From the NCBI GenBank assembly GCA_964035575.1, contig OZ037840.1, positions 744,001 through 808,000 on the forward strand: 64,000 nucleotides of DNA, read 5' to 3'. This DNA comes from Rhynchopus sp. YZ270_cl-10. Taxonomy: Eukaryota. Positions 10,833 through 24,204 of this stretch are shown piece by piece. Numbering within the stretch: the first letter of the stretch is position 1; each line of letters begins with the position of its first letter. A program made the translations under genes and the position numbers. The notes beneath the pieces were generated by a model. The model did no database searches. It was not told the origin of the DNA and worked only from the letters and a program-made list of their open reading frames with translations.

Positions 10833-13800
10833 ATGTCCCTCCCACTGCTGCTGCCGTCGTGCATCGAGAAGGGCGAGAGCCACGACGCGTACAAGAAGCG
10901 GGTGCAGGAGTTGGTGCTGCTGACGGAGAACAACGCACACGAAACCGTTCTGCGCACAGTCTCCGCACTGTTGGAGGTGTTTGTCTGCGAGAACTTCACG
11001 GGGCACCTCTCGGCCACTGATGAGAACGATGCGGACATCACAAACGTTGTTGCCTTGGGGAAGGAGTCCGAGGAGAAGGCCATCCACAGGCAATGCATCG
11101 ACGCCCTCACCGCCGACGGGGAGGTGCTCAACCACAACGTCCGCTACCCGGTTCTGCTCATGATCTTGAACGTCCTCGTTGAGGCCGACATCCAGGACAG
11201 CACCCCCGCAGTTGCCCTCTGGAGGACCCGGGTGTACATGACCCACCAACGCTGCCTTGCAAACCGGTCGCACCACCTTCTCGAACGCTCTGTGGCGTGC
11301 TACGACTTCCTCTTTGCCCTCACAACGCTGGAGGACGCAAGCAGCGAGCTCATTGACAGCCGCGTTGAGGGAGGTGCACTGAAGCTGCCATGCCGTGCAG
11401 AGCTGCACCTTGCGAAGGGGCTCATGCACTACTACTATCACGAGCCGCATCTGTCCCACCTGGACTTGGTTGCGGCGCAGAAGCTGTCCAAGATGCGCTT
11501 CAAAGTGACCAGTATGATGGGTGTCAGAACCGAGCACCAGGTCTTCGAAACCGCACAGCTCATGGTCCGTGCCAGCTCTGCCTTCAGCGGCACTGCTGAC
11601 AAATTTGTCCCAGAGTTCTCCCCGCAGCTGGTCGAAGGTTCCAACGTTCTGAACCGCCCCCGCAAGCTTGCAGAGAACATCGCCGCAGGAACTGTCAAGG
11701 AGGAGAAGTGTGAGAAGGCTGAGGAGCAGACCGAGGATGTCGAAGTGGAGGACACAGAGCTGACGCCGTTGGAGCAGGCGATCGTGCTGGGTCTTTGTGT
11801 CAACGTGCGGAACAACAACCCGATGCACGGGCTGACGGAAGAGGAGCGCCTGCCGTACCTCGAGCGTCTCATCGTCGAGGAGGAGAACACGCCCTGGGCG
11901 GTGCGCTCCTCCGTGTACCTGTTGCGCTCGCGGATGGAGCAGAAGCGTGTGCGTGTCAGAGAGAGGGGGCTCATGCAGTTCTGCCAGCTCTGTGATCAGT
12001 TCGCTGTGCCCACAACAGACGCAGACACAAAGGTCATCCAAGAGACGTCTACCCGCCACAGATTTGCACAGTTCTGGACAGTCCTGTTCCCGTCTATCTT
12101 CAAATTGAAGGAGGAGCTTGCGAATGTGTACTTGGGTATGTTGCTGCGTATTTTTCTGTTTCTAGAAGTCTCCAAAGGAGAACTTTTTTTTTTACCCCCT
12201 TCCCTGGGAAGGTATATAAAACATTTTGGCGGACAATTTCCGCATAATTTTTTGGAGGCGGGGGGGTGGGGGGGGGGGGGGGTCGGACATTTTTTTTTTT
12301 CCCCGCTGGTTTTTGGGTGACATGGCGTGGATTCGTGACCCAAAACACAGTTTTTTGGCATTTCCGGAATCCGTCCAGAAAGTGGTGGGGTCGATGTTGA
12401 AAATTGGACAATTTTTTGACCACTTAAATTTTTGAAAATATGAGCCCGGTCACTAATTGGTGGGCCCATTTTCGGCCAACAAATACTGCTGAAATCGAAA
12501 AATTTCCCCTGGAAAAACAGTGGGTTTTCAGCCCCAAAACATACCGCGATTGGCATTTCCGGAATCTCTCCGCGCTGTGGTGGGGTCAATTTGCCGAAGT
12601 GGCCAAGTTCTTGGTTTTGGTCAAAATGAGTGTAAGGTAAAGGGGCCAAGGTAAATCCCACATTACCCAGATTTTCTCTCCCTGATGCTGAAACCATGAA
12701 AATACGCGAAAACACTGGCATTTGCATTTTCGGAATCCGTCCATTGTGTGGTGGGATCAATTTGCCGAAATGGACGAGTTTTTATAAATCTTTGGTCAAA
12801 ATCGTGTACAACCCCGGTGAAAAAACCCAAAATGTCCGCAATTTTCAGACCAAAAAACACGGGTCGGGAAAGATCTTTTTTTTTTTTTTTTTTTTTCGAG
12901 AAAAAAAATCCTCTTCTCCCGAAAAAAAAAAAAAAAAAAAAGATTTTTGGGAGAAAAAAAAGAGAAAATATTTGAAAATCCTGGAAAAATCCTGAAAAAT
13001 CCTGGAAAAATCCATGAAATTTCATGAAAAATCTCGAGATCTTGAGAAATCTTTGAAAAAAAAAAAAAAGATTTTCAAAATCTTTTTTTTTTTTTTTTTC
13101 CAAAAAGATTTTTCAAAATCCCAAAAATATTTTTTATCTTTTTTTTGAGAAAAAAAAGATTTTCAAGATCTTTTTCATCTTTTTTTCTCTTTTTTTCCTT
13201 TTTTTTTCAGGATTTTTCAAAGATCTCAAAGATCTCGAGAGATCCTGAAAAAAAAAGACAAAAATCCTGAAAATCTTGATTTTTTTTTTTTCTCTCGAAA
13301 AAAGACAAAAAAAGACAAAAGATCTTTCCTAACCCGCACGGTGCAGTCTGTCCTGGAAATGTCGGACCCTTTTGTCGGAGTCCGAGGGGGTCCGACAGTC
13401 GGACCCCCTGAGTCCGACAGTCGGACTCAGGGGTCCGACTGTCGGACTCACAGTCGGACCCCTGAGTCCGACTGCCGGACCCTGGGGTCCGACAGGCACA
13501 CCCAGGTGCCCAGGTGCCCAGGTACCCAGGTACCCAGGTACCCAGGTACCCAGGTACCCAGGTACCCAGGTACCCAGGTACCCAGGTCCAGGTCCAGGAA
13601 CAGGTACCCAGGAACAGGAAAAAAGTCGTGAAAGAGCAACCACAGCTCCACATGACAAACACAAAAGTGTCCAGTCACGTGGGGCATTCATGCACTGAGG
13701 AGATAATGATCCAACAATTTACAAGAAAGATTACTTAACCTACTGCTGGAAATTGCCAGGTCGTAGTAACACACAAAGTGTGCCTCCGTTCGGGAAGACC

Positions 13801-16800
13801 GGATATTCTAGAGACCAGAAAGGCCTCAAGAATATCTTCCGGTAGTCAAGGTAGAACCGAGTGAACGGCCCAAGACCCCCGTGGAGAAGTTAAATGTTGT
13901 AATGCTATCAGGTAGAAACTGCGAACACTGTCTTACCCTCCTCAATGCATGGTGGTTGATGTCTTCCACAACAAATTTCCTGTACCCAGGTACCCAAATT
14001 CCCAGACCCACGCAGTGGCACATGACCGCCAAGTGTGAGTGACCCACACATGAGGGAATGCGACACTACGCAAAATTTACCACCAGACCCTGTCTTCGTG
14101 CACCTGAAGTACAACGCCGCAGACAGGCCAAACATGCGTTGGACTCAGAGGAATGCCCGCTGTGCAGGTATCAAACATGAGAACCAACTCCCAGCAACAA
14201 GGGGCGCCTTTTGGCGGGCGTTGTTGAGGGTGTTTGGGGTGCAAAGTTTTCCACAATTTTGATGAGCGGGTACAGAAGTGTTGTCTTGTTCTTTCATCTC
14301 TAGGAATGTAAATGTCAATCGCGTTTAACTACCACGAGGGCTTGTTTAGTGAACCCACGAGGGGTCGAAGGGGGTTGGTTATCCCATATCTATCAAAGGT
14401 TGTGTCGACCAGGCGAATCCACTATGTTACGCTGTACGTTGTTAAATCCGAAGAAATAACGCTTTAGCAGCCGCAGGAAGTTTGTTAAAAAGAGTGCCTC
14501 ACGCTACACAAACCACCACCCGCGATTGACTTAGATGTTATAACAAAGAGAATTCAGAACAAAACAACACCCTGCCCCATACACACTAAATTGTCATGCT
14601 TCAAGAGCATGCCTGGGCCAAAATTACTGTGACAAAAAGGCAACAAGACCACCCACAAGGAGTGTGAAATGTGCACTGGTTTTCTGGGGGAACGCAATAT
14701 TTTCTTGTGCCTCGTCCTCCGCAAGCAGAGGACAGACTTTCCGGAAGGTTTCCAAAGTCGAATTTCTTGCACTAGCTATGCTCCCTGGGTTAAATGGCAA
14801 TAGCAGTGACTGACAAAGTGTACCCATCCCCCTTCCACCCCAGATCTTAGTCCGCAAACTCAGAATGGATTGATGCGGGTGATACTCTTTGGATTTTGAG
14901 TTGCTGAATGTCGGAGACGCGGCGAGGCTTCTCATCACAATCGCAGATGCAGTTCAGATTTCACGATCCTGTGATGAGTGTAAATGTGGAGTGTGATTAA
15001 TGAATGAAATGTATGGTGTAGAAACGCAGTTATCGGGAAAGGTGAGGTTAATGTGGTAAAAAAAGGGGATAAAACTCGTGTAATTTTGTGAATTCCCACA
15101 AAGGTGGGTGATAATGTGCCCTTTGTCACTCAATTGTAACCGAGAATGTATGGGAGAATGAAATATTATTTCCCAACCCAACAACAACGATAAAGCGTGA
15201 AGACAATAAATGAAATCAAAGCGGAATAAATTTGAGGTTTTGTGAGGCACTCAACGAGTGTGCCGGCTCTGTGGCGTCACGGAGCCACCAACACTCCCCA
15301 GTCATTTTTCCTGCGCTTCCAGGAAAACTCGCGTTTGCGACCAGGCCGAAACGAAAAAATTTAATTCACAGCAAACAGGTGTGAGGGAGAAGAAAAGAAA
15401 GTGAACAAAAACGAAAAAACAATGTTTTTCTGAAATGTGATGTTGTTGGGGTGGGGAGAATAAAACAGTTCCAGAAAAGCTCCTGCGTCGGTTTTCTTTT
15501 GGTTAAAAAAATCACTCAGTAAAAAAAAGAACTTTTTCATCACTCCCCTCAAACACTGCCAAAACGAAGAAGGACAGGATGTATGACACTTACGGATACC
15601 AAGTCTCAGCGGGTATGAGAAGCAAGGAGGTGTACAAGAAGAAATGGGACGAGTTCTTGCGGTTTTCAAACCTCGAGCGACTTGGTCCGCTTTGTATTGA
15701 CACGGACCTCGACACCCCGACATGTACTGGCTTTTGAGAAAGGCAGTCGGTTCCTCGGTAGATTGCGTGCAAGTGAGGGAATATCCATCTGCTTGGAAGA
15801 CGTCAAAACACCAAACATAGTATTTCGCGACATAAAGGGCAGATCAAATACTCACTGCCTTACATTCTCGGTTACAATTGAGTGACACAAAGGGCATATA
15901 ATCTGCAAAATTACACGAGTTTTATTTCACTGAGTTAGATAATTATTATCTCATGAAATAAAGTGAACATTATTTCACGAGGTGGTGGGTGACTCAAACT
16001 GGGGCTCAACTTCACGAAGCGAGTGGAGTTCAGCATTTTGATTTCATGAGTGAAGTGAGTGTAATCATAAAAGTGATGTCACGAGCGATAGCGAGTGGGT
16101 ATCACGTATTCCAGTTTGTGAATCACCCATCAGTTAAATAATGTTCACTTTAGTTTTCGATACGTAATTTTATACCACGCGTGAAAAACGTAAACAGGTG
16201 AAAAAGTGAGTGAAATAAGATTCGTTTTATTTCACGTTTTATTTCACGCAAATCGTGAAGGATTGGGTGGGGGAGTGAAATAAAAGATCACGGAGTGATC
16301 TGAAGGACACGACGTGTTCTTCCCTGGGCTCGTTCGCTCCTGAAAGTCTGTTGAAACGGAGGAAATCGTCCCATGTTTTCCTGTACTGCACACCACTGTT
16401 CATGTCGTCGAACAAGTTGTCATATGCATCCTCCATCTCCGCAAACTTGCGCGTGGGTTTAGGCATGTGTGTAAGAGGCAATAAATAATCTGTAATTTGA
16501 AGTGTGGTGGTGTGAGGGGTGGAGCGTGGGCTCAACGTTCCACTGTTTACACCTATAAATACGTTTTTCACTTGTGGAATAAAATTACATATTAAGTGAA
16601 ATAAGAACATTTTCTTGCACTTGCCACTAAAAAGGCACCCTCGTGACTCTCACTCTTATTCCCCTCGCTTCGCTCGGGAAATAACGCACTCGGGCACCTT
16701 TTTAGTGGCGCGTGAAATAAAATAGTTCTTATTTCACTCGAATAAATAGTTATTATCTCACGGGCAATGATGTTGTGCTGCGTTTTCGAAATTCCTACAG

Positions 16801-19800
16801 TATATTTGACAAATGATGTATGACCACCTAGTACGGGGCGTCAAGGTTGGGTATGGTGAACAGTTCCTCGAAGTCCTATGACTGCAACCCTTTTGGTTGC
16901 ATGCGCAGATCTCCTCCACATTGCTTTTGCGCCTACTCTCGGCATGGGTTTTGTTTTGTTCTTTGTGTGCGGAGATAATGTCTACTGTATTTTGTGTAAT
17001 CTCCAGGAAGGAATTTCGAAAACGCGGCTAAACATTATTACACAAGTGAGATAAAAAATTGTTGGCTCTCTCTCTGTTGTTTTGGCTTTTGTTTTTTTGT
17101 CTATTTGTGACGAGGCCTGGAACACCTGAACATAGGCATATCTGGAAAATCTATCTGAGGTGTGGCAAATTAAATATATTCAAGCGTGTGGTTGAGGCGC
17201 ACCTAAACATAAGTAAGTGCCAAGTCTGAACATTTATTTTCAGAGGCCTTAGTGAGGCTGTTTCGGCCTCGTTGCATTGTATCATGATGTAATAAGGTTC
17301 ACATACTTTCGATTCAAAGAAGAGAAAGCACACAAGAAAATAAAATGCTGCAAACCACTGGGTGTGTTGTTTGCATCTACACAAGTAACTGAAAGTTAAA
17401 CATTTACATACGTTGTCTTCCCCGTAGCCTCCGCCTTCGCTGCTGTCAAGCTGCCTTCTCTTGGTACCCAGTACCCAGTACCCAGTACCCAGTACCCAGT
17501 ACCCAGTACCCAGTACCCAGTACCCAGTACCCAGTACCCAGTACCCAGTACCCAGTACCCAGTACCCAGTACCCAGTACCCAGTACCCAAATTGGTCGCC
17601 CCCTGGTTGGTCGAGAACCTAAAAATGCAAAAAAACGCAAAATTCATGTGTTTTGACCATGTCTGGGTACACCAAATACACACCTCTGAACAAGCCTATA
17701 CCCAGTAGTAGGCAACAAGCGCTATTTTTTGACCAAGAAAAAAAAAATCCCCCAAAAATTGGGTGTAGTAGGTCATAAAATGGCCCAAAAAATTCAAAGA
17801 AAACCTCAGATTGACCAAACAATGAAAAAAATTTTCAAGTCAAATTTTCAGCCAAAATACGGCTATTTTGGTAAAACCATGTGTACTGTAGTGGCTATAC
17901 AAGGCGATTTTCGGCCAAAAAAATTTTTTTGGCCAAAAAAAAAATTTTTTTTTTCGGCCCAAAAAAAAAAAAAATTTTTTTTTTGGGTCCGACTGTCGGA
18001 CCCCAGAGTCCGACAGTCGGACTCCAGAGTCCGTCTGTCGGACTCCAGAGTCCGACAGACGGACCCCTGAGTCCGTCTGTCGGACTCAGGGGGTCCGACT
18101 GTCGGACTCAGGGGGTAAGTCCGTTATTTACACACTCCAAGCACGACAGACCGCACCGTGCGTGAAAAAAAAAAAAAAAAAAAAAAAAAAATGTCCGCCA
18201 AAAATCTGGTCCGTGGGGGGGTGGGGGGGGGTCGGACAATGTCCGCCAAAATGTTTTATATACCTTCCCCCTGCAAAAGATAGCAACTCTCATTACAAAC
18301 TGGCGTCGTTTGCCACCAAACGGAACATTTTTAGTTAGTGTTCAGCAACTCTTCTCAAAACGCACAACGCATTGCGTCCCATGTATTGACTTCGGATGTG
18401 TTCCTCTTTCTGTCAACACCGCCGATGAACCAGTCTTGCAGGGTGCTAGTTGACGGATTCAGTCCTCTACGAAGGCATCTAGGGGTCTGTGAACACTTTA
18501 CCATACACAACAACAGACATCGGCATGGCCAAGAGCGCGCTCGACATCCACGAGACGATCGGCAACTGGGAGCGCATCATTCAGTGCTGCAAGAAGCTTG
18601 AGAAGAGCACCAAGGCTGAGTCGCTTATCCGCGAGAGGCTGGAGGTATGGCAGCACCACCCCAAACCCTCCACAGATCATGTCCTAATGCGGGAACTTCA
18701 CTTTTTTTTTTTATACTCTTTTTCAAAACATAAAAAGAGACGAAGAGACAACGTCAAGGATCCATTCTGTAGTTAAAATATCGCTTGGATTCTCACATTA
18801 TTTTTTTACAGATCGACCCTGAAAACGCAATTCTCTGGTCCCACCTGGGGGAGGCGACGAGGAACCCTGAGTACTTCCTGAAGTCGTGGGAGATGTCGGA
18901 GCACCGCCTTGCTGCGCCCATGCGCGGGCTGGGTGAGCTGTACCTTGAGAAGGAGAAGTTTGCCGAAGCCTGTGAAGCATTCGACAACGCACTGAAGCTG
19001 AACCCGGTGTTCGGGGCGAATTGGTTCTCTATGGGTTGGGCTGCCATCAAGACACAGCAGTGGGATCGTGCATCGATGTGCTACACACGCAACGTGCAGA
19101 TGGACAACGAGGACGGCCACTCCTGGAGCAACCTCGCAACGTGCTACCTGCAGATGGGCGACGCAAAGCTTGTGCAGGCATACCACTGCCTCATCCAGGC
19201 GAAGAAGTGGTCCGCAAAGTCGTGGCGCATCTGGGACAACCTCTTCACAGTCGCCGTCGAGCTTGGGGAGCGTCTTACTGCGGCTCAGGTATTGTTCTTC
19301 CCCCCCCCCTTTTTTTTTACTTTTTTTCCTTCAACTCCTCAAGCGGAAGGTTCGCCGCCGGCTGACAAGCGGTGTGTACCACCCTCGTTCACTTTCGGTA
19401 CAAGCTATTAGGGTTTTCTTGTTCATCTGGCTGATGAGTGGAAGCGAGAGACCTTTGGTTCAGACAAAATTTTACTCTGAACCTGGAGTGCCTCGGAGTA
19501 GGGGACTGCGGGAATGCCGGCCTCTCTCAAGACCCAGTTCTCCACCGCCCACCCCCACTCAAACGACTTCCTCCCCTCCCCCCCGTTCTTGTGGAGTGTG
19601 ACGGGCACAGCGGTGTCGGAATCGGGTGTGCTGGGCTCACCGAGTCCTGTGTTGGACACAGTTGTGGTGGCGGGCGTGGGGTTCGCGTGAACCCTCGCAC
19701 GCTTTCGCGGTGGCACGATGTCGCTGTCGGACTTCGCCTTCAGTGTCGTTGTCGGTGTTGCTCGTCGTCGTCGCGAGCCTTATTTGCTGTTGTTGACTTC

Positions 19801-21215
19801 TTCTTCTTGGACGTCTCCCCTTTTGGGCGGATGCTCTTGTCCCGCGGTCTCCCTTTGCCCGTACGCAAAGTCGGAGGTATCCAGGTGTTGTCCGCCTCAT
19901 CCCCCTCGTCTCGAGCCAAGACATCCGCGACCACACCAAACGTGGAGATGACTGTGGAATTCAGGAGACAGGGAGGGACAGTGATTGTTGGACTCTCCTT
20001 CACGAACCGCACACATGTGCACACACATGTCATTTCCTCCAAGGCGGAAATGGGGGCAGGATCAGGTGGGGTCTCCATCACGGGACACAGAGTATATATC
20101 AGATGTAAACCGCGAAATGGATTGGTTGGGTGACAGTCTCTCGAGCTTTGTATTTTACGTCAATTTTTTGTCACATTCCTCTTCACCTCTTCACTTCTCC
20201 CCCCATAGGTCCTCTCCGAGCTTGTTGAGTACAAAGGCCGTGACTACAAGATCAATGGAAACATCCTGCTCAACTTTGTGCACGGTGTGATCGCAGTGCT
20301 GCGTGGCGAGGAGGAGGTGAACCGCAAGGAGTACTTCGTGGCACGCAAGGCAGACTACGTGGACCCGAACGCACCCCCTCCCGCAGAGGGTGTGGAGGAG
20401 CTGGACGACGAGATCTTTGATGTGGTGCCTTTCGGCTACGGCATGGAGTTCGACGAAGACAAAGGCGAAGGCGAGAACGAGGTGCAGGCAAAACGCAAGC
20501 AGGAGGAGGCTGAGGCAGCAGAGCGTGGCCTTGCCCACGCGGTGTCCTCCCTCCGTACGAAGGTATGGTCGCTTTCATATTTTCCACCTAGGAAGGGATT
20601 GTATTTTTTTTTTCTCTCTTTTTTTTCGCACCCTTCTTTTCGTTTAGAAAAGAATGCATGAAATAATTCGAATTTCCAATGGGTGGATTTTTTTTTTTTT
20701 GTGGGATCAGCAGCGTCTTACAGAGTTCTCACAAAACAGCTCTCACAGCCGTGTTGCGTTCTCACGGAGACGAAGCATAGATGGCCTAATATTTCTTTTT
20801 TAGTTTGTAGAAAGTGCATAACACCAATCCTCAGGTCCACCAACTGCTCGGCAAGATAGTTTCCGTGCACACCAGCGACGCAGTTTTGTACCAAGCCTTC
20901 GCAGACTTCCAGGAGGAAGTGGACAGCCCTCTGGAGGCATTTGACCTGCGCTTCAAAGACCTGCGCTGTTTGATGAAGAGGAACTGGCAGGTCGAGCGTA
21001 CCCCCGCCATGGCGGTGATCGCCTCCGCGTTGCGGCTGGTCAAGGCGGCCGACAAGGTGGACGAAGAAACGCTTGCTGCCCGCACCGTAAAGACAACGCC
21101 ACCCAAGACACAGGCGGTGATGCAGGTGCAACCCGTCCTCAAACTTGCTGAAGATTCCTACGGCGCCACACCAGAGTACATTGCACTCAAAGAAGCAGCG
21201 GCAGGGCTTCAGTAG
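10833..21215 (+). CDS. TTC27: Tetratricopeptide repeat protein 27 / Emw1-like, 5 exons
   Basis: Exons 10833-12135, 18517-18644, 18812-19288, 20209-20562 and 20835-21215 join in frame through GT-AG introns. Motifs MGVRTEHQ, GMAKSALDIHE...W..II.C, TPR repeats and SWRIWDN fit the TTC27 family. Confidence 0.85.
13501..13586. repeat. Octamer tandem repeat (CCCAGGTA)n
   Basis: About 10 copies; the first two are CCCAGGTG variants. Confidence 0.95.
15579..15737 (+). pseudogene. Fragment resembling the N-terminus of a tyrosine-recombinase (Crypton-like) ORF
   Basis: Translates MYDTYGYQVSAGMRSKEVYKKKWDEFLRFSNL..., homologous to the minus-strand fragment at 16239-16466. The S...Y...W..F..F pattern recalls integrase SAM-like domains. 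Confidence 0.4.
16239..16466 (-). pseudogene. Second tyrosine-recombinase-like N-terminal fragment
   Basis: MPKPTRKFAEMEDAYDNLFDDMNSGVQYRKTWDDFLRFNRL. It lies next to a long hairpin (16595-16738) whose loop contains CCTCGCTTCGCTCGG. Confidence 0.4.
16753..17054. mobile_element. Short inverted-repeat (MITE-like) element
   Basis: Imperfect ~40-bp IR: TTATCTCAC...AATGATGTT..GC.GCGTTTTCGAAATTCC versus GGAATTTCGAAAACGC.GC..AACATTATT...GTGAGATAA. Confidence 0.6.
17464..17589. repeat. Heptamer tandem repeat (GTACCCA)n, the reverse complement of the GGGTACT satellite
   Basis: About 18 perfect copies. Confidence 0.97.
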
Positions 21216-22488
21216 GTTTTTTGATTAATTTGAGTGAAAGAAAAAGAAGAATCTCGGATTTTTTTTGTTTTTTGTGTTGCAATTCCATACGGTGCTATCC
21301 TAATTCTGTTGGTTTTGGACAAAAAGAAAAGGTAAAAAGAAAACGAGATTTTTATTTTTTTTTGGAAAAATGGACAAAAAGAAAAAAAAAACAGTGTCAG
21401 TGAGTATACTAGCCTTCAGGTAAGTATGTGTAGCACGGAGCTTACCTTATGTGAACCTCTTATGAGAGGATATGAGGTGCAAAAGATGGAGTGGAAAAAA
21501 AAAAAATGGAAAATGGAAAAAAAAGGCAAACATTTGCATCGTGTTGCCTAAATCTGAGGAAGCCATTTTTTTTTCCCTCCATTTTTCCCCATATTTTTTT
21601 GATAAAACAATTTGTTGTCAATTCTAAAAAGATTGGAGGCAGGCGCTGCAGGGCAAACAAAACGGATTGAAAAAAAACAGAAGCTTGCTTGTTTTCTTTG
21701 AGTACTCAATTAACCACAACAACCGTACTTCAGTTTAACACATTTTTTCACCTTTTTGTTTTCCCGGCTTTGAGCGCACAAACAAAAGACCCGATCTTTT
21801 TTTATAGGTTCATCTTACAAACACCTCCCCTCCCCCCGGCTAGCTTTTCTCCCTTACCTTTGGATTGATGTTTGTTTTAATAGTTTTTCTTTATTTGAGG
21901 GTGACGACCCCCCTACTGACAGTTGTTCTCTCAAGATATGCATGCTTTCGATGTTGTTAATGTAATGCATTTTTCTTTCTTTTTGAATGTATCTTTTTTT
22001 TCTCATAGTTCTAGGCTGATCAAGAATAGCAAAGTAAATGGGGTGGATGTGTGTACACAAAAGCGCGAATAATTATTTTTTTTGTCCGGTTCACCCAAAG
22101 GACACACTGTTCACCGAGAGGGCTTTTGTATTTCAAGTCAAATTGTTGCCCTTTGTGCGATGTGGGAAAAAAAAGGTGGAGGTGACGGCCGCGTGCTGAC
22201 TCATCTAGAGGGTAGCTGACCATAGTCACATTATCAAAAAAAAAGCACATCTTCTCAAACGATTTTGTTGGAGGGGGAAAAAAAAGGGAAGCAGTGAGCA
22301 ATTCCCAGAAGCGATCAAGACAAAGCAGGGAGGGAAAAAAAAAATCACGTCAAAACGGAAGAAAAAAAAGGGGGGGCAAAAGTGACTTTGTGTCCGTCTT
22401 TGTATCATCACCACCGTCTAAAACGCCCACATGACCCATCTACCTCCCTCACCAGTTCTCAAAAATAATAATAATTAAAAAGCAAACA

Positions 22489-24166
22489 ATGAAGCTGCTG
22501 TGCGTTTTCTTCTTTGCATCGACTGCAGTGTCGGGAAGCTTCCCTGAAAGGTCCACGTGGAACTATGGTATGACGTGCCCCCACCCCAACCCCCTCTCCC
22601 CTCCTCTCCTCCTTTTGTCAATGAAGGAGGGTATGCCTCAATTTGTGTATTACCGTATTTGGAAATATTATCCCCTCCAAATACCAATACTGGCGCATAT
22701 GAGTTGTTTTTAGTTTCATTTGGTACTTAACTCCACCTGATTTTTACCCCGCGTATAGGCGCGTAAAGGCTGGGGAAAATGGGTGGGGTTTGGCCTATAC
22801 GCGACTATACGCGAGGTAAACATCAGGTGGTAACTCGGTCCATAAGAAGGAACATAAGAACATAATACTTCCAATTGCGCTATTGAAGTACCAAAAGCGG
22901 CCTCAAAAAAAAAAACACAGAATCTCATTAAAAACCACACATTTCCCCTCTTAACCTCCCTCTCCAGACCCTACTAGCAGCTCAGGCCCTTCCAACTGGG
23001 CTACACTGCAACCTGACTGCATCTCTGCCACACCTGAGTGCTCTTCCGGCGCATACAAGGCGTGCGCAGGGCAGGCACAATCCCCGATAGACATCGACAG
23101 CAGCAGCGCTGCCGACGGCAAGGCAGTGTTCCTCAACTTCTACGAGACCCCCGGCACCCGCGTCGACAGCGACGGCACAAAGTACAGCTACGACCGGATC
23201 TTCAACACCGGCCACGGCATTTCCATAGAAATGCTCAATGTGGACTACCGTCTGGTCTCTAGCCTGCTGCAGGAAACATATGTCTTGGTGGGTATCGATT
23301 ATAAGATGCCTGCTGAACACACCCTTGATGGGGTGCGACATGCGTTGGAACAACAGTTTTTGTTCAAACCTGCGGACGCACATCCACCAGATGCATCACG
23401 ACCGTGGACTGCGTCGCCGCCGGAACTTCGCATTTCCACCTTCTTCAACAACACGGTAGAAGTCAAGAATAATACCATATCCTACCCGCCTCTCATCATT
23501 GAGCAAATAGCGCACCACTATGACATGGTAAAGCGTGGTGGAGATGTGTTGTACCTCTTTCGTTTTGCGCCGACGCTCGACCTCTCAGCGAGCAGTATCT
23601 ATAGTTATACCGGTTCAAACACGGCACCTCCATGCACAGAAGGGACAACCTGGTTTGTTTCAGATGTCGTACAACATATTACAGAGGAAATGCTCGAGGT
23701 GTTCGCAGAGGGGCAAAAGATGGTGGCTCCTTTGCCTCATGGCAATGCAAGGCCGCTTCAGGCGACGTCGACCAGGAAGGTGGTGCGAAATTCGATAAAG
23801 GCGAACAGAAAACATACCTTCAGCGAGCTCTACGCGGTAGAGTTGAAGCACGCCAAATCCGATGGGGTGGTGGAGGAAAAGAGGGAGGAGATCCGGCTTG
23901 GTGCGCGGACATTGCACACAGAGAAGTCCGCGCTGCATGACAGTCTAAGCAGCGCCGTCACAGCGCTTGTCGCAGTCTTTGTTGTGGCATTGTTGATTCT
24001 GCTTGCAGTGTCGTTGGTCACCACAGGGACGTTGCCGCTTCATATTATCCCCTCCTGGCTCGGAGGAACGTCTGCCCCCGTGCGGGAAAGATGGGACGCA
24101 AAAAAGCAAATATTTGGAATTTACGTTCCCTACTCTCTCGCGCAAGACCTCGAAGAGAGTGACGAA

Positions 24167-24204
<38 letters not shown>

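Larger units (their letters stand above)
13335..18162. mobile_element. Nested TIR element with palindromic subterminal repeats
   Basis: CGCACGGTGCAGTCTGTC (13335-13352) matches the reverse complement of 18145-18162 at 17/18. Arrays of the palindrome GTCCGAC(A/T)GTCGGAC lie at about 13360-13495 and 17985-18110. Confidence 0.8.
12206..18269. mobile_element. TIR element with perfect 30-bp TIRs and a 3-bp TSD, inside TTC27 intron 1
   Basis: GGGAAGGTATATAAAACATTTTGGCGGACA (12206-12235) is the exact reverse complement of 18240-18269. CCT flanks both ends (12203-12205, 18270-18272). Confidence 0.9.

Noticed and set aside
10812..12059. 415-aa minus-strand ORF and similar antisense ORFs over the cyclase, SGNH and channel genes
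   Set aside because: Shadow ORFs of GC-rich sense coding regions with no domain signatures.
13360..13495. CRISPR-like palindromic repeats
   Set aside because: Spacers are only a few bases and not unique, there are no cas genes, and the context is a eukaryotic intron.
19438..20133. GC-rich ORFs inside TTC27 intron 3
   Set aside because: No recognisable domain, and the flanking exons join without them. Possibly a retroelement fragment, but unsupported.
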